A stretch of 64,000 nucleotides of DNA, from assembly GCA_963799485.1 (NCBI GenBank), contig CAWCXJ010000008.1, positions 256,001-320,000 on the forward strand. Reading direction: 5' to 3'. A program made the position numbers and the translations under genes. Shown piece after piece: positions 49,784-58,665 of this stretch. A model generated the notes under the pieces. The model was not told the origin of the DNA and did not search any database. It saw only the letters and a program-made list of their open reading frames with translations. The stretch's first letter is position 1. Every line of letters starts with the position of its first letter. The DNA is from an uncultured Trueperaceae bacterium. Lineage in GTDB: Bacteria; Deinococcota; Deinococci; Deinococcales; Trueperaceae.

Positions 49784-50814
49784 CGCAGCAAATAACACAG
49801 CAAGAGACGGACGTGCCGCTGCTCGAGTTTAGCCGGGTCGGGCGCGACTTTCGCAAAGGACGTACCGTCGTCCCGGTGCTTAGAGACATAGATTTGCGGG
49901 TAAACGGGCTCGAGTTCCTCTGTTTGGTCGGCGAATCGGGGTGCGGCAAAACCACGACCGGTAAAATCCTCTCGGGGCTGCTCTCACCCACAGCCGGGCG
50001 CGTCATGTTTGAAGGGCAAGACGTCAGCACGCTCCGGGGCGACGCCTACAAACGCTACCGCCGCGCCGTACAGATTATCCACCAAGACCCCTACGCGTCT
50101 TTGAACCCGACGCAGAGCGTGTTCGACATCATGAGTTATCCGCTACTCCGTCACGGCTTTGCCAAGAACCGTAAAGAAGCCCGCGAACGCGCCGAGGAAC
50201 TTTTAGAGTTGGTCGGTCTGACGCCGACTGCCGACATCATCGGCAAATACCCGCATCAACTTTCGGGTGGGCAACGCCAGCGCGTTTCGATTGCACGGGC
50301 GCTCACCACCGAACCTAAAGTCATCGTCGCCGACGAAGCCGTCAGCATGGTGGACGTGTCCATCCGCATTTCCATCCTGAACACCTTGATGAAGATGCGC
50401 GAAACCCTCAACCTGACCATCGTTTTTATCACCCACGACCTGGCTTTGGCAAAATACTTCGCCTGGGCAGGGCGCATTGCGGTGATGTATCTGGGCCGCG
50501 TCGTCGAGGTCGGGCCGACGCGTGAAGTCACCGAAAAACCGCAGCACCCGTATACCAAAACGCTCCTCGCCGCGATTCCCGAACCCGACCCCGACCGGAC
50601 GCGGCACAAGGAAATCCTGACACTTCGTAGTGAAGATGTGCCGAGCTTGACGGCGCTCCCGGCAGGTTGCACCTTTCACCCACGCTGCCCTTTTTTTGAA
50701 CCGGGGCGCTGTGATACCGAAGAGCCGGAGCTAGGCGAGGTTGAGGGGAGTGCGGCGCAGGTTGCGTGTATTCCACTTACCGAGGGCGGTAGACTCGAGC
50801 CCTATGGCGGCTGA
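49780..50814 (+). CDS. OppF-like ABC ATPase
   Basis: GESGCGKTT, QDPYASLNP, YPHQLSGGQRQR, GCTFHPRC. Confidence 0.93.
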   Translation: MTQQITQQETDVPLLEFSRVGRDFRKGRTVVPVLRDIDLRVNGLEFLCLVGESGCGKTTTGKILSGLLSPTAGRVMFEGQDVSTLRGDAYKRYRRAVQIIHQDPYASLNPTQSVFDIMSYPLLRHGFAKNRKEARERAEELLELVGLTPTADIIGKYPHQLSGGQRQRVSIARALTTEPKVIVADEAVSMVDVSIRISILNTLMKMRETLNLTIVFITHDLALAKYFAWAGRIAVMYLGRVVEVGPTREVTEKPQHPYTKTLLAAIPEPDPDRTRHKEILTLRSEDVPSLTALPAGCTFHPRCPFFEPGRCDTEEPELGEVEGSAAQVACIPLTEGGRLEPYGG

Positions 50815-50834
50815 TTTAGCTGAAGGTAACGCAC

Positions 50835-51011
50835 ATGTCCGGTGACGGCCTCAAACTCTTTGCCCGCGCGGGGATGTTCGTCGTCGTGTTGTCGCTCTTG
50901 CTGCTCTTTTGGGTGCCGCGTGAGAGCGCCGAGTTCGTCGTGTCGGTGTTGTCGCTCATTATCGGCCTGGTGCTGGTAATTCTGGCCTTTCTTGTACGCG
51001 GCGGGCGGTAG
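50835..51011 (+). CDS. 58-aa two-TM membrane protein (below the ORF track cutoff)
   Basis: GAAGG RBS; MSGDGLKLFARAGMFVVVLSLLLLFWVPRESAEFVVSVLSLIIGLVLVILAFLVRGGR fills the operon gap. Confidence 0.75.
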   Translation: MSGDGLKLFARAGMFVVVLSLLLLFWVPRESAEFVVSVLSLIIGLVLVILAFLVRGGR

Positions 51012-51014
51012 CGG

Positions 51015-52214
51015 GTGCGTGAGCGCGTTTCGGTGCCGCTCTGGACGGCCTATCTGGGGTTTATCGCGGTCGGCTTGTCGAACAATGTTTTGGGTGCGTC
51101 GTGGCTGGTGCTGCGTCCGGTATTCGGGCAGTCTTTGGGTGCGGTCGGGATTTTAATCGCGGCGCTGATGCTGGGGGGGTTGGCCTCGAGCGTAACGAGC
51201 GGCTGGGCGCTCGCCCGCCTGCGAACCTCGTCGTACTGCGCCGTCGGTAGTTTCCTAGCCTTTGCCGGACTGCTCGGTTATCTGGGTTCGTCGTGGACGC
51301 TTCTAGTCGTTTCGACACTCGTTTTAGGCGTCGGCGGCGGGATGCTTAACGCGGGCCTCAATACCTTCGTCGCGGCGCACTATCCCGCCAGCCGGATGAA
51401 CTGGCTGCACGCCTTTTACGGCGTGGGCTCGAGCCTCGGCCCATTTTTGTTTACGCTCTGGGCGTTGTCGCTTGGCCTACCCTGGCGCTGGGTCTATGCG
51501 GGCATTGCTGGAGTTTACCTCGTTCTTACCTTTCTGATGCTCCGCTACCGGCAGCTGTGGCCCCCGCTTCGCTTCAAGACAGTCACGGGAACTGAACAAA
51601 ATCCGGTCAAAGCCAGTTTGCGCGTTACGCTCGGCCTCGGCGTGGTGTGGCTCGGGATGGCGCTCTTTTTTATGCACACGGGCACGTCGGTCAGTACCGG
51701 GCAGCTCAGCAGCAGCCTGCTCAACCTGGGGCGGGGTGTTCCAGCCGAAGTCGCCGGAAACGCGGCGGCGCTCTACTGGGCGTGTATCACGATTGGACGG
51801 TTGCTGATGGGCGCAGTTGTCGACCGGATAGGCAGTGTGAGGCTCCTGCGCTTTTGCACGGCTGGAACCGTTGGCGGCGCTGCCGTGCTGTGGTTTGCCC
51901 CGCTGCCGCTCGTGAGTTTTCTCGGGGTCGCCGTGATGGGTCTGACGCTCGCGCCCGTTTATCCAACCTCGGTGTCACAGACTCCGGCACTCGTCGGCCC
52001 GGCCCTAAGCGCTCACGCTATCGGCGTACAGGTCGCGGCGGGGTCTTTGGGGTCGGCGGCGCTGCCGGGGGTGCTGAGCGGTGTGGCGGATTGGGGCGGC
52101 GCGGCGCTGATTGCACCGGGTCTGGTCATTTTCGCATTGCTGCAATTTATCGCGCACGAAGCGCTCTTTCGTTACGGCGCACGCAGAGCGGTTTCTACGC
52201 CGGTGAACGTCTAA
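51015..52214 (+). CDS. MFS transporter
   Basis: About 12 TM helices, MNWLHAFYGVG, GRLLMG, APVYP. Confidence 0.9.
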   Translation: MRERVSVPLWTAYLGFIAVGLSNNVLGASWLVLRPVFGQSLGAVGILIAALMLGGLASSVTSGWALARLRTSSYCAVGSFLAFAGLLGYLGSSWTLLVVSTLVLGVGGGMLNAGLNTFVAAHYPASRMNWLHAFYGVGSSLGPFLFTLWALSLGLPWRWVYAGIAGVYLVLTFLMLRYRQLWPPLRFKTVTGTEQNPVKASLRVTLGLGVVWLGMALFFMHTGTSVSTGQLSSSLLNLGRGVPAEVAGNAAALYWACITIGRLLMGAVVDRIGSVRLLRFCTAGTVGGAAVLWFAPLPLVSFLGVAVMGLTLAPVYPTSVSQTPALVGPALSAHAIGVQVAAGSLGSAALPGVLSGVADWGGAALIAPGLVIFALLQFIAHEALFRYGARRAVSTPVNV

Positions 52215-52231
52215 ATGTTTGGGAGAACGTT

Positions 52232-53314
52232 GTGAAAATCGGCGTCATCGGCTGTGGCAATATCAGCCCGCTCTATCTTGGAGCTAAAAAGTATTTTCCA
52301 AGCCTCGAGTTCGCCTTTTGCAGCGACCTGAATATGAACGTGGCGCGCTCGAGAGCTGAAAAGTTCGGGTTGGGGGCGCTTCCGGTTGCCGAGTTGCTCG
52401 AGCATCCGGATGTTGAACTTATCGTCAACCTGACCGTGCCGCAGGCGCACGCGGCGGTTTCTAAGGCAATTCTCGAGGCGGGCAAACACGTCTACAGCGA
52501 AAAACCGCTTGCCACCTCACTAGAAGATGCTCACGCACTTTTAGACTTTGCCGACGCGAAAGGCTTACGCGTTGCCTGTGCGCCCTCGACCTTTCTGGGC
52601 GCAGCTGTCCAGACCTGCCGTAAACTTCTGGATGATTCCGCCATCGGTCAACCTGTCGCCTTTCACGCGGCGATGCTCAGTCACGGCATGGAGACCTGGC
52701 ATCCGAACCCGGCCTTCTTTTACGAACCCGGCGCGGGGCCGCTGTTCGATATCGGGCCGTACTACGTCGCGGCGCTCGTGGCGCTCTTGGGGCCGGTCGC
52801 GCGCGTTGCGAGCATGAGCCGTATCAGCTTTCCGGAACGCACCATCAGCTCAGAGCCGCTTGCCGGAACGACGTTCAAGGTCACGACGCCGACGCACATC
52901 GTCAGCACGTTGGGGTTCCAAAGCGGCGTCATCGGCACGCTCACAACTTCGTTCGATGTCTGGGCCACCGAACAGCCGAAGTTTGAGGTTTACGGCGCGG
53001 ACGGCACGCTCAGTTTGGCTGCACCTAACATGATGGACGGGCCGGTGCGGGTGCGCGGGGCAGGCGAGAAAGAGTGGCGCGAAGAACCGCTCGTGCATGG
53101 GTTCGACACGCTCGAGTCCGGTTGGGGTCTGGCGCTGGCAGATTTGGTTTCAGCGATAGAACAGGGGAGACCCCACCGGGCGGACGGACGCTTTGCGCTG
53201 CACGGGCTCGAGGTTATGTTAGCTACTTTGAAAGCCTCCGAAACCGGGCAGACGGTGACGATAGAGAGCCGGTGTGAGAGGCCGGAACCACTTCAAGACG
53301 TTTCTACGCTCTAA
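52232..53314 (+). CDS. Gfo/Idh/MocA oxidoreductase
   Basis: KIGVIGCGNIS, GKHVYSEKP, GPLFDIGPYY; GGAG RBS before GTG 52232. Confidence 0.92.
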   Translation: MKIGVIGCGNISPLYLGAKKYFPSLEFAFCSDLNMNVARSRAEKFGLGALPVAELLEHPDVELIVNLTVPQAHAAVSKAILEAGKHVYSEKPLATSLEDAHALLDFADAKGLRVACAPSTFLGAAVQTCRKLLDDSAIGQPVAFHAAMLSHGMETWHPNPAFFYEPGAGPLFDIGPYYVAALVALLGPVARVASMSRISFPERTISSEPLAGTTFKVTTPTHIVSTLGFQSGVIGTLTTSFDVWATEQPKFEVYGADGTLSLAAPNMMDGPVRVRGAGEKEWREEPLVHGFDTLESGWGLALADLVSAIEQGRPHRADGRFALHGLEVMLATLKASETGQTVTIESRCERPEPLQDVSTL

Positions 53315-53334
53315 AAGTCCCCTATACTTAGCTC

Positions 53335-53550
53335 ATGCTCCGTGACTGCATCAAGGCGGCCCTTGAACGTGCCCATTACGAAATTATCGAAGATGTCGAG
53401 CCTTTTTACGGCGAAGTGCCTGAGCTGAAAGGCGTTTGGGCAATGGGGGAGACGCTCGAGGCGTGCCGTAACAACTTAAAAAGCACGCTTGAAGGTTGGC
53501 TGCTCGTGCGTCTGTCACGCAATCTCATTGTTCCGGAAATTGCATTTTAG
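53335..53550 (+). CDS. HicB-like antitoxin, no HicA partner visible
   Basis: YEIIED...YGEVPEL.GVWA.GETLE.CR.NL...LEGW. Confidence 0.8.
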   Translation: MLRDCIKAALERAHYEIIEDVEPFYGEVPELKGVWAMGETLEACRNNLKSTLEGWLLVRLSRNLIVPEIAF

Positions 53551-53762
53551 GCTGCGTCTTTATCAGCTTGTACCGGAATGGCCTCAACAAGCGCACGCAA
53601 AGCTTTGTTGACGGATTCTGCTGTTGTAAAAACTTTTGACAGGTCTTCGTCAAGCACAGCGACGGTTCGCCGGGGATTGTCCGAAGCGAAGCGGTTGGGC
53701 TTTGCTTTCGTGTAATCAAAATCGTATTCGGGTAGCAATTCATCAGAAGAGGGCTTCTTCAT
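53547..53762 (-). CDS. BrnA-like antitoxin
   Basis: DELLPEYDFDY.KAKPNRFA..LDEDL..VF...ESVN.ALR; start at MKKPSS. Confidence 0.8.
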   Translation of the reverse strand: MKKPSSDELLPEYDFDYTKAKPNRFASDNPRRTVAVLDEDLSKVFTTAESVNKALRALVEAIPVQADKDAA

Positions 53763-54021
53763 AGTCTTTTCGCTCCTTTCGGGTTGCCGGACGTGCGCTG
53801 ATAATACGAACAGCTCCCGACCTTTCGGCAAAACTGATGACCAGTATACGGTTGCGCCGAGAGTGACCGATGATAATCTCCCTCGCTTCATCTGCTGAAT
53901 GCCTTTCGTCTTCAAAGATGACCGCGAGGGGGTTGCTGAAAACTGTCTCGGCCTCTTCAAACGTGACGCCGTGCTTTAGCTCGTTTGTCGCTTCTTTGCG
54001 GGTGTCCCACTCAAAGTTCAC
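53743..54021 (-). CDS. BrnT family toxin
   Basis: FEWD..K...N..KHGV.FEEA..VF, RIISAR.AT..ER..YE. Confidence 0.92.
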   Translation of the reverse strand: MNFEWDTRKEATNELKHGVTFEEAETVFSNPLAVIFEDERHSADEAREIIIGHSRRNRILVISFAERSGAVRIISARPATRKERKDYEEALF

Positions 54022-54064
54022 AGCAGCATCCTAGCGTAGTGGCGTCCGCACAGCTATACAGCAG

Positions 54065-54904
54065 TCAAGACTTTTCCCACGCCTCTTTCAGCACCTCAAT
54101 ACTCTTCGGCACCGCCGTATCCGCGTGTTCTTTCCCTTCCATCTCTACCGACACATACCCCTGAAACCCGGCACTTTTAAGAATGCGGAAAACGTAAGCA
54201 AAATCTATCTCAATCGTAAACACCAGCCCACCGCCCGGATACGTTTTGGCGTGGGCCAAATCCACATACGGCGCAACCCGCTCCATCGGCCCGTACATAT
54301 CGCCGTCGTAGTAAAAGTTGCCCATATCCAAAATCGCACGGAGCCACGGCGAATCCACGCCTTCTAGAACGCGGAGCATCCCCGCTGCGGTCGTCGTCAG
54401 ACCCCAGTGGTTTTCCAAGAGCATCATCACGCCCTGCTCTTTGGCGTAATCTACACATGCGCCTAAACCTTCAATCGCCCAGGCAAACCCGTCCTCGTCG
54501 CTGAGGCCGTCCCAGGGCTGTGTCCAGCCCCGACTTTCAACCAGCCCCGGCCCACCGGGATACTGCCAGGTTCCGGCGTTGACCCGAATTGAGGGCACGC
54601 CGAGCGCGTGTGCTAAATCGATGCAGTGTTTCGTGTGCTGCACCTGTTTTTTTCGTTCAGCTTTTTCTTTGGCGATAAAGTTTTGCGACGTGCCGAGGTT
54701 GTAGAGTGCCAGCCCGCGCCGAAACGCCTGACGTTTAATGTCTTGCAGGTAGCTGTTAGATTCACTTTCCAGCTGCTGATGGAGAATCTCGAGACCCATC
54801 ACACCCGAATCGGCGGCCTTATCGACAATCACCGAAAGCGGCACCTTTTCCGGGGTGAAGTGCCAGTACGAATACGAAGAGACGCCGAGGCGCAAAGTCG
54901 TCAT
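54065..54904 (-). CDS. Sugar phosphate isomerase/epimerase (xylose-isomerase-like TIM barrel)
   Basis: LENHWG, DMGNF, HAK, SVEMEG. Confidence 0.88.
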   Translation of the reverse strand: MTTLRLGVSSYSYWHFTPEKVPLSVIVDKAADSGVMGLEILHQQLESESNSYLQDIKRQAFRRGLALYNLGTSQNFIAKEKAERKKQVQHTKHCIDLAHALGVPSIRVNAGTWQYPGGPGLVESRGWTQPWDGLSDEDGFAWAIEGLGACVDYAKEQGVMMLLENHWGLTTTAAGMLRVLEGVDSPWLRAILDMGNFYYDGDMYGPMERVAPYVDLAHAKTYPGGGLVFTIEIDFAYVFRILKSAGFQGYVSVEMEGKEHADTAVPKSIEVLKEAWEKS

Positions 54905-54922
54905 AGTTTCCTTTCAAGCAAG

Positions 54923-55921
54923 CTAAAGTGCAATGGGTTTGGTCTGCTCGGCGGAGCGGTACGCGGCGAGCGCGACCTCTAGAGCTTTGAGCCCGTCCGC
55001 GCCGGTAACCGAAGGTTCACGTCCGGTTTCGATCATCTCGAGAAAATCCCGAACGAGTCCCAAGTCCGCGTCGCTGCCCCAGGGTATCCACTCGGTCTTT
55101 TGTGCCGGGGCCGAGGTCAGGGTCAACTTTTGGTCGAAGGCGTCTACGGTGACGATGCCGCGCTCGCCTAAAATCTCTATCGTGACGTCGCCCCAGGTTG
55201 GGTAAGTATCGGGCCGCGACCAGCTCGTGTCGAGCGTGCCGTACATGCCGTTTGCCAGCCGAAACGAGAGCATCCCGGCGTCGTCTATCTCGGTGTCGTG
55301 CAGGAGTCCGTGTCCGACTTCGGCGTAAACCTCTGTGACTTCGGTTTTCAGCGCCCAGCGCAACACGTCGATGACGTGGACAGTGTGGTCGATGACCGCG
55401 CCGCCGCCCGCTTTTTCCGGGTTGGCAAACCAGCCGCCCGGCATCTTGCCATGATTTGTGCATTTCGCGCTGATGAGGCGGCCTAACGCGCCGGACTCGA
55501 GTACCTCTTTAAGTTTTTGCACCGGCGGCGCAAAGCGAACCGGAAAGGCGATTTGCAGCTTGCTCCCGGCCTGCTCGCACGCTGAAATCATCTCCTGAGC
55601 CGCTTTTACGGTGGTGGCGATAGGTTTTTCGCACAAGATATTTGGGACTTTTCCGGCGGCGGCTAAAACGTGTGCCCGGTGGTTGCTGTTTTCCGAGCAG
55701 ATGGTGACGCCGTCCAAGTTCGCCGTAAAAAGCTCGTCCAGCGTGCCAAACGCCTGCGTGCCAAACTGCTCCGCCTGTTCTTTGGCTCTCGCCGCGTCAT
55801 CGTCGTAAATCCCGGCAATCCCTACGCCCAGGGTGTTTAGCGCGTTTGCGTAGCTCCGGGCGTGCATGTGGGCAAAGCTGACCATGCCGATTTTTGGGCC
55901 TGTTTTTGCGGCCTGCGTCAT
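54923..55921 (-). CDS. Gfo/Idh/MocA oxidoreductase
   Basis: SFAHMHA, ILCEKP, GGGAVIDHTVH. Confidence 0.9.
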   Translation of the reverse strand: MTQAAKTGPKIGMVSFAHMHARSYANALNTLGVGIAGIYDDDAARAKEQAEQFGTQAFGTLDELFTANLDGVTICSENSNHRAHVLAAAGKVPNILCEKPIATTVKAAQEMISACEQAGSKLQIAFPVRFAPPVQKLKEVLESGALGRLISAKCTNHGKMPGGWFANPEKAGGGAVIDHTVHVIDVLRWALKTEVTEVYAEVGHGLLHDTEIDDAGMLSFRLANGMYGTLDTSWSRPDTYPTWGDVTIEILGERGIVTVDAFDQKLTLTSAPAQKTEWIPWGSDADLGLVRDFLEMIETGREPSVTGADGLKALEVALAAYRSAEQTKPIAL

Positions 55922-56934
55922 GCGAGCACCTCTTCGGAAAACGTGTCTACGGTGACGGGTTGCCCCGTCTTCACCGAGGCAATCGCCGCCAGCGAAAGCT
56001 TGAGCGCCATCAGGCCGTCTTGTGGCGAAACGAGAAAAGGTTCCCCGGTGTCGAGGCAGTGCAAAACATGTTGAAGTTCTTTGTAGTACGGGTCGTCGGT
56101 GGGCACCAGCGGATTATCCGAGCCCGGAATCTTTTCATCGCCGGTTTTTGCGGCGTCAACGTGCAGGATAAAAGGCGGCGGTTCGCTCCCGCTCCACTCC
56201 AAGAGGGTACCTTCCCCGGCGACCTCCAAAGACGTGACAAACTGTCCCGGTGGCGACGCCCAGCTCCCCTCGATATGCCCGATGGCCCCGTTTTTGAACC
56301 GCAAGGTAATCAGCGACTGGTCGCGCATACTCTCACCGGCAAAGGTCAGGCCGTGCGCGAAGACCCGCTCGACCTCGCCGTAAAGCCAGTGCGCGAAGTC
56401 GAGGTCGTGAATCGACAAGTCCATGACCACGCCGCCGCCCTGCTCGAAGCTGTTGTACCAGGTGCCCGGGTCGGTGCGCGGAAAGCTCCCGGCCCGCACG
56501 GTTCGTAAAACGCCAGGTCTTCCAAGCTCGCCGCTGTCTTGCAGAGCTTTGGCCCTTTCGTACTGCGGAAAAAAGCGCACCACATGGGCGATAAAAAGCC
56601 GCACACCCGCCTTTTCACATACTTTGACCATCTCGTCGGCGTCTCTCAGGTGCCGTGCAACCGGTTTTTCGCAGATGATGTCTTTGCCCGCTGCCGCTGC
56701 TGCCAGCACACCTTCTTTGTGGGCGTAGGTCGGGGTACATACGTCAACTAAGTCGGCGGCCTCGAGCAGCTCATCCAAAGTATCAAACGCCCGCCCCCCG
56801 AACTGCTCGGCGGCGCGTTCGGCGTTCTCTAAAGTATGGTCGTAAAAACCTACTAGCTCGACCGGTAAGTTTTTCCAGCGTTCGGCGTGCCAGCTGCCGA
56901 TAAGCCCTGCGCCCACAATTCCTACACGTCTCAC
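55918..56934 (-). CDS. Gfo/Idh/MocA oxidoreductase
   Basis: VGIVGAG, ICEKP, GGVVMDLSIHD. Confidence 0.9.
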   Translation of the reverse strand: MRRVGIVGAGLIGSWHAERWKNLPVELVGFYDHTLENAERAAEQFGGRAFDTLDELLEAADLVDVCTPTYAHKEGVLAAAAAGKDIICEKPVARHLRDADEMVKVCEKAGVRLFIAHVVRFFPQYERAKALQDSGELGRPGVLRTVRAGSFPRTDPGTWYNSFEQGGGVVMDLSIHDLDFAHWLYGEVERVFAHGLTFAGESMRDQSLITLRFKNGAIGHIEGSWASPPGQFVTSLEVAGEGTLLEWSGSEPPPFILHVDAAKTGDEKIPGSDNPLVPTDDPYYKELQHVLHCLDTGEPFLVSPQDGLMALKLSLAAIASVKTGQPVTVDTFSEEVLA

Positions 56935-57105
56935 ACCGCGCTCCTTTGGGTAGGTTGATACTCGAAAAACATTGTCAAATCAATGTAACACTTGAGAGAG
57001 GTATAGCACAGGTATAGCCCTGATAACTAGAGATGACGAGTCCGATTTTTTGTCGCTCTTTCCGGACAGACATCTTAAACTTTGGATATCTACTAGAGGA
57101 GAACG

Positions 57106-58614
57106 ATGTTCAACGCTTTTGTCTGGCAGCTCTACAAAGAATCTGAACGGGGTAAAAGGGCGATAGAGCATTGCTCGAGCTTCGCTAACGCTCTTTATGA
57201 CGGCGCGTACGCCGCACTATTTTTCGGTTTGTCTTTTGACGCAGTGCCGAGCGGTTATCCAGAAACGGACTCTGCCGGCGCTGAGCTTATTGGGGCAGTT
57301 CGAGACTTTGCGGCAAAAAGCTGTATCAGCACTTCTCAACAAGCTACCGATTTGTTCGAGCGTCTCGTTTCGCGCGGTTTGCCCATCCACTTTTCGGGTG
57401 AAGCTGAGCCGATGACCTTTAACAACGAGAACTTAACCGACTGCATTCAGCAGGTCTCTATCGGGCTTCATCTGGCGCACCCGGACTACTTTACGCCTTA
57501 CGGGTTTAGAACCTCGTTTGCCGACCTTTTACGGATTGGCGACCTTTTCGGGCTTGCGCTCCCCTCAGTTCCAGGTAAGAAAGACGCCGAGGGAAGAGGG
57601 CGCTACTACGGTCGGCTTAGCCGAGCTTTCTACGAGTTTCGCCGAAGCCACGACCTAAGTTCAGCTGAGATGTGCGCGTTTTTGCACGACTTCGCCCCGA
57701 GATTTTTGGTCGAGGAAGATGACGCTTTGCCTGAGCCGTCTAAAGTTTGGTTGATAACAGGGGGCACGGGAAATAACGGAGATTTTGAGTGGTTAGAAGA
57801 GGCCGTAAAAAACAAAGGCGCTTTGGATTTTTGGCAAGGCAACCTTGACACACGTCGGGGCGACGTTTTACTTATGTATTGCGTATCGCCGAACAGCTAT
57901 ATCCATTCGATTTGGCGTGTAACAACAGACGGTTTCGTTGACCCATTCTTTCACTATCACAGCACCATCTGGATTGAGCAGCCGATTAAGACGGTGCCTG
58001 TCACCTTTCGGGAAATGAAAGCAGACCCACTACTGTCTCAGAAGGGTAAGGCGCATTTGCAGGGGTCGAGCGGTAAGCCGTTCACTGTTGAGGAATACAA
58101 CGCCATCCTAGAGATTATGGCGAGTAAAGGGCAAGACATCAGCAAGCTCCCCCGACCGAAGACAGTTTCGTTTTTACCGTCCACCGAACTTAGAAACGAA
58201 CGTGATGTTGAAACCGAGCTTATTGAACCGCTACTTTTGCACCTTGGCTACACCGAAAAAGACTGGTTGCGGCAGATGCGTTTGCGGATGGGCCGAGGTG
58301 AACGCATTTATCCCGATTATGTGTTTGGCGCACAGACTAAAAGGGGCGAAGAACGTGCTGACATGGTACTCGAGGCCAAATTCACCATCAGCGGTGAAAA
58401 AACGTTACGAGAAAGCTACGTGCAAGCCGTGTCTTACGCCTACAGGTTGCGCGCCGAAGTTGTGATGTTGGGGGCTCGAGAAGGTCTCTGGCTATTCAAA
58501 CAAAAACGGGGCAGCTTTTCTCTTACATCTTTCGACTTTTACGATTGGGACGCCCTGCAGCACCCCGACAAGCTTTTTGAACTTGGGAAATTGCTTGTCA
58601 AACCCAAACGCTGA
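57106..58614 (+). CDS. Putative restriction-like nuclease: EVE/PUA-like domain plus HsdR_N-like PD-(D/E)xK domain
   Basis: KVWLI..WQGN..TRRGD..LMY central domain; NERDVE..LIEPLL..LGY..PDY..VLEAK..QAVSYA C-terminus; AGGAG RBS. Confidence 0.75.
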   Translation: MFNAFVWQLYKESERGKRAIEHCSSFANALYDGAYAALFFGLSFDAVPSGYPETDSAGAELIGAVRDFAAKSCISTSQQATDLFERLVSRGLPIHFSGEAEPMTFNNENLTDCIQQVSIGLHLAHPDYFTPYGFRTSFADLLRIGDLFGLALPSVPGKKDAEGRGRYYGRLSRAFYEFRRSHDLSSAEMCAFLHDFAPRFLVEEDDALPEPSKVWLITGGTGNNGDFEWLEEAVKNKGALDFWQGNLDTRRGDVLLMYCVSPNSYIHSIWRVTTDGFVDPFFHYHSTIWIEQPIKTVPVTFREMKADPLLSQKGKAHLQGSSGKPFTVEEYNAILEIMASKGQDISKLPRPKTVSFLPSTELRNERDVETELIEPLLLHLGYTEKDWLRQMRLRMGRGERIYPDYVFGAQTKRGEERADMVLEAKFTISGEKTLRESYVQAVSYAYRLRAEVVMLGAREGLWLFKQKRGSFSLTSFDFYDWDALQHPDKLFELGKLLVKPKR

Positions 58615-58665
58615 ACTGTGCCCCCACCGCTCTCACCCGCACAACCCACCCCGGTACAATGACCT

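Noticed and set aside
51647..52231. Apparent 195-aa N-terminal extension of the Gfo/Idh/MocA ORF
   Set aside because: Alternative frame overlapping the MFS gene; the real start is GTG 52232 with an RBS
53763..53960. N-terminal 66 aa of the 137-aa ORF 53547-53960
   Set aside because: Overlaps brnT in another frame; the antitoxin starts at ATG 53762
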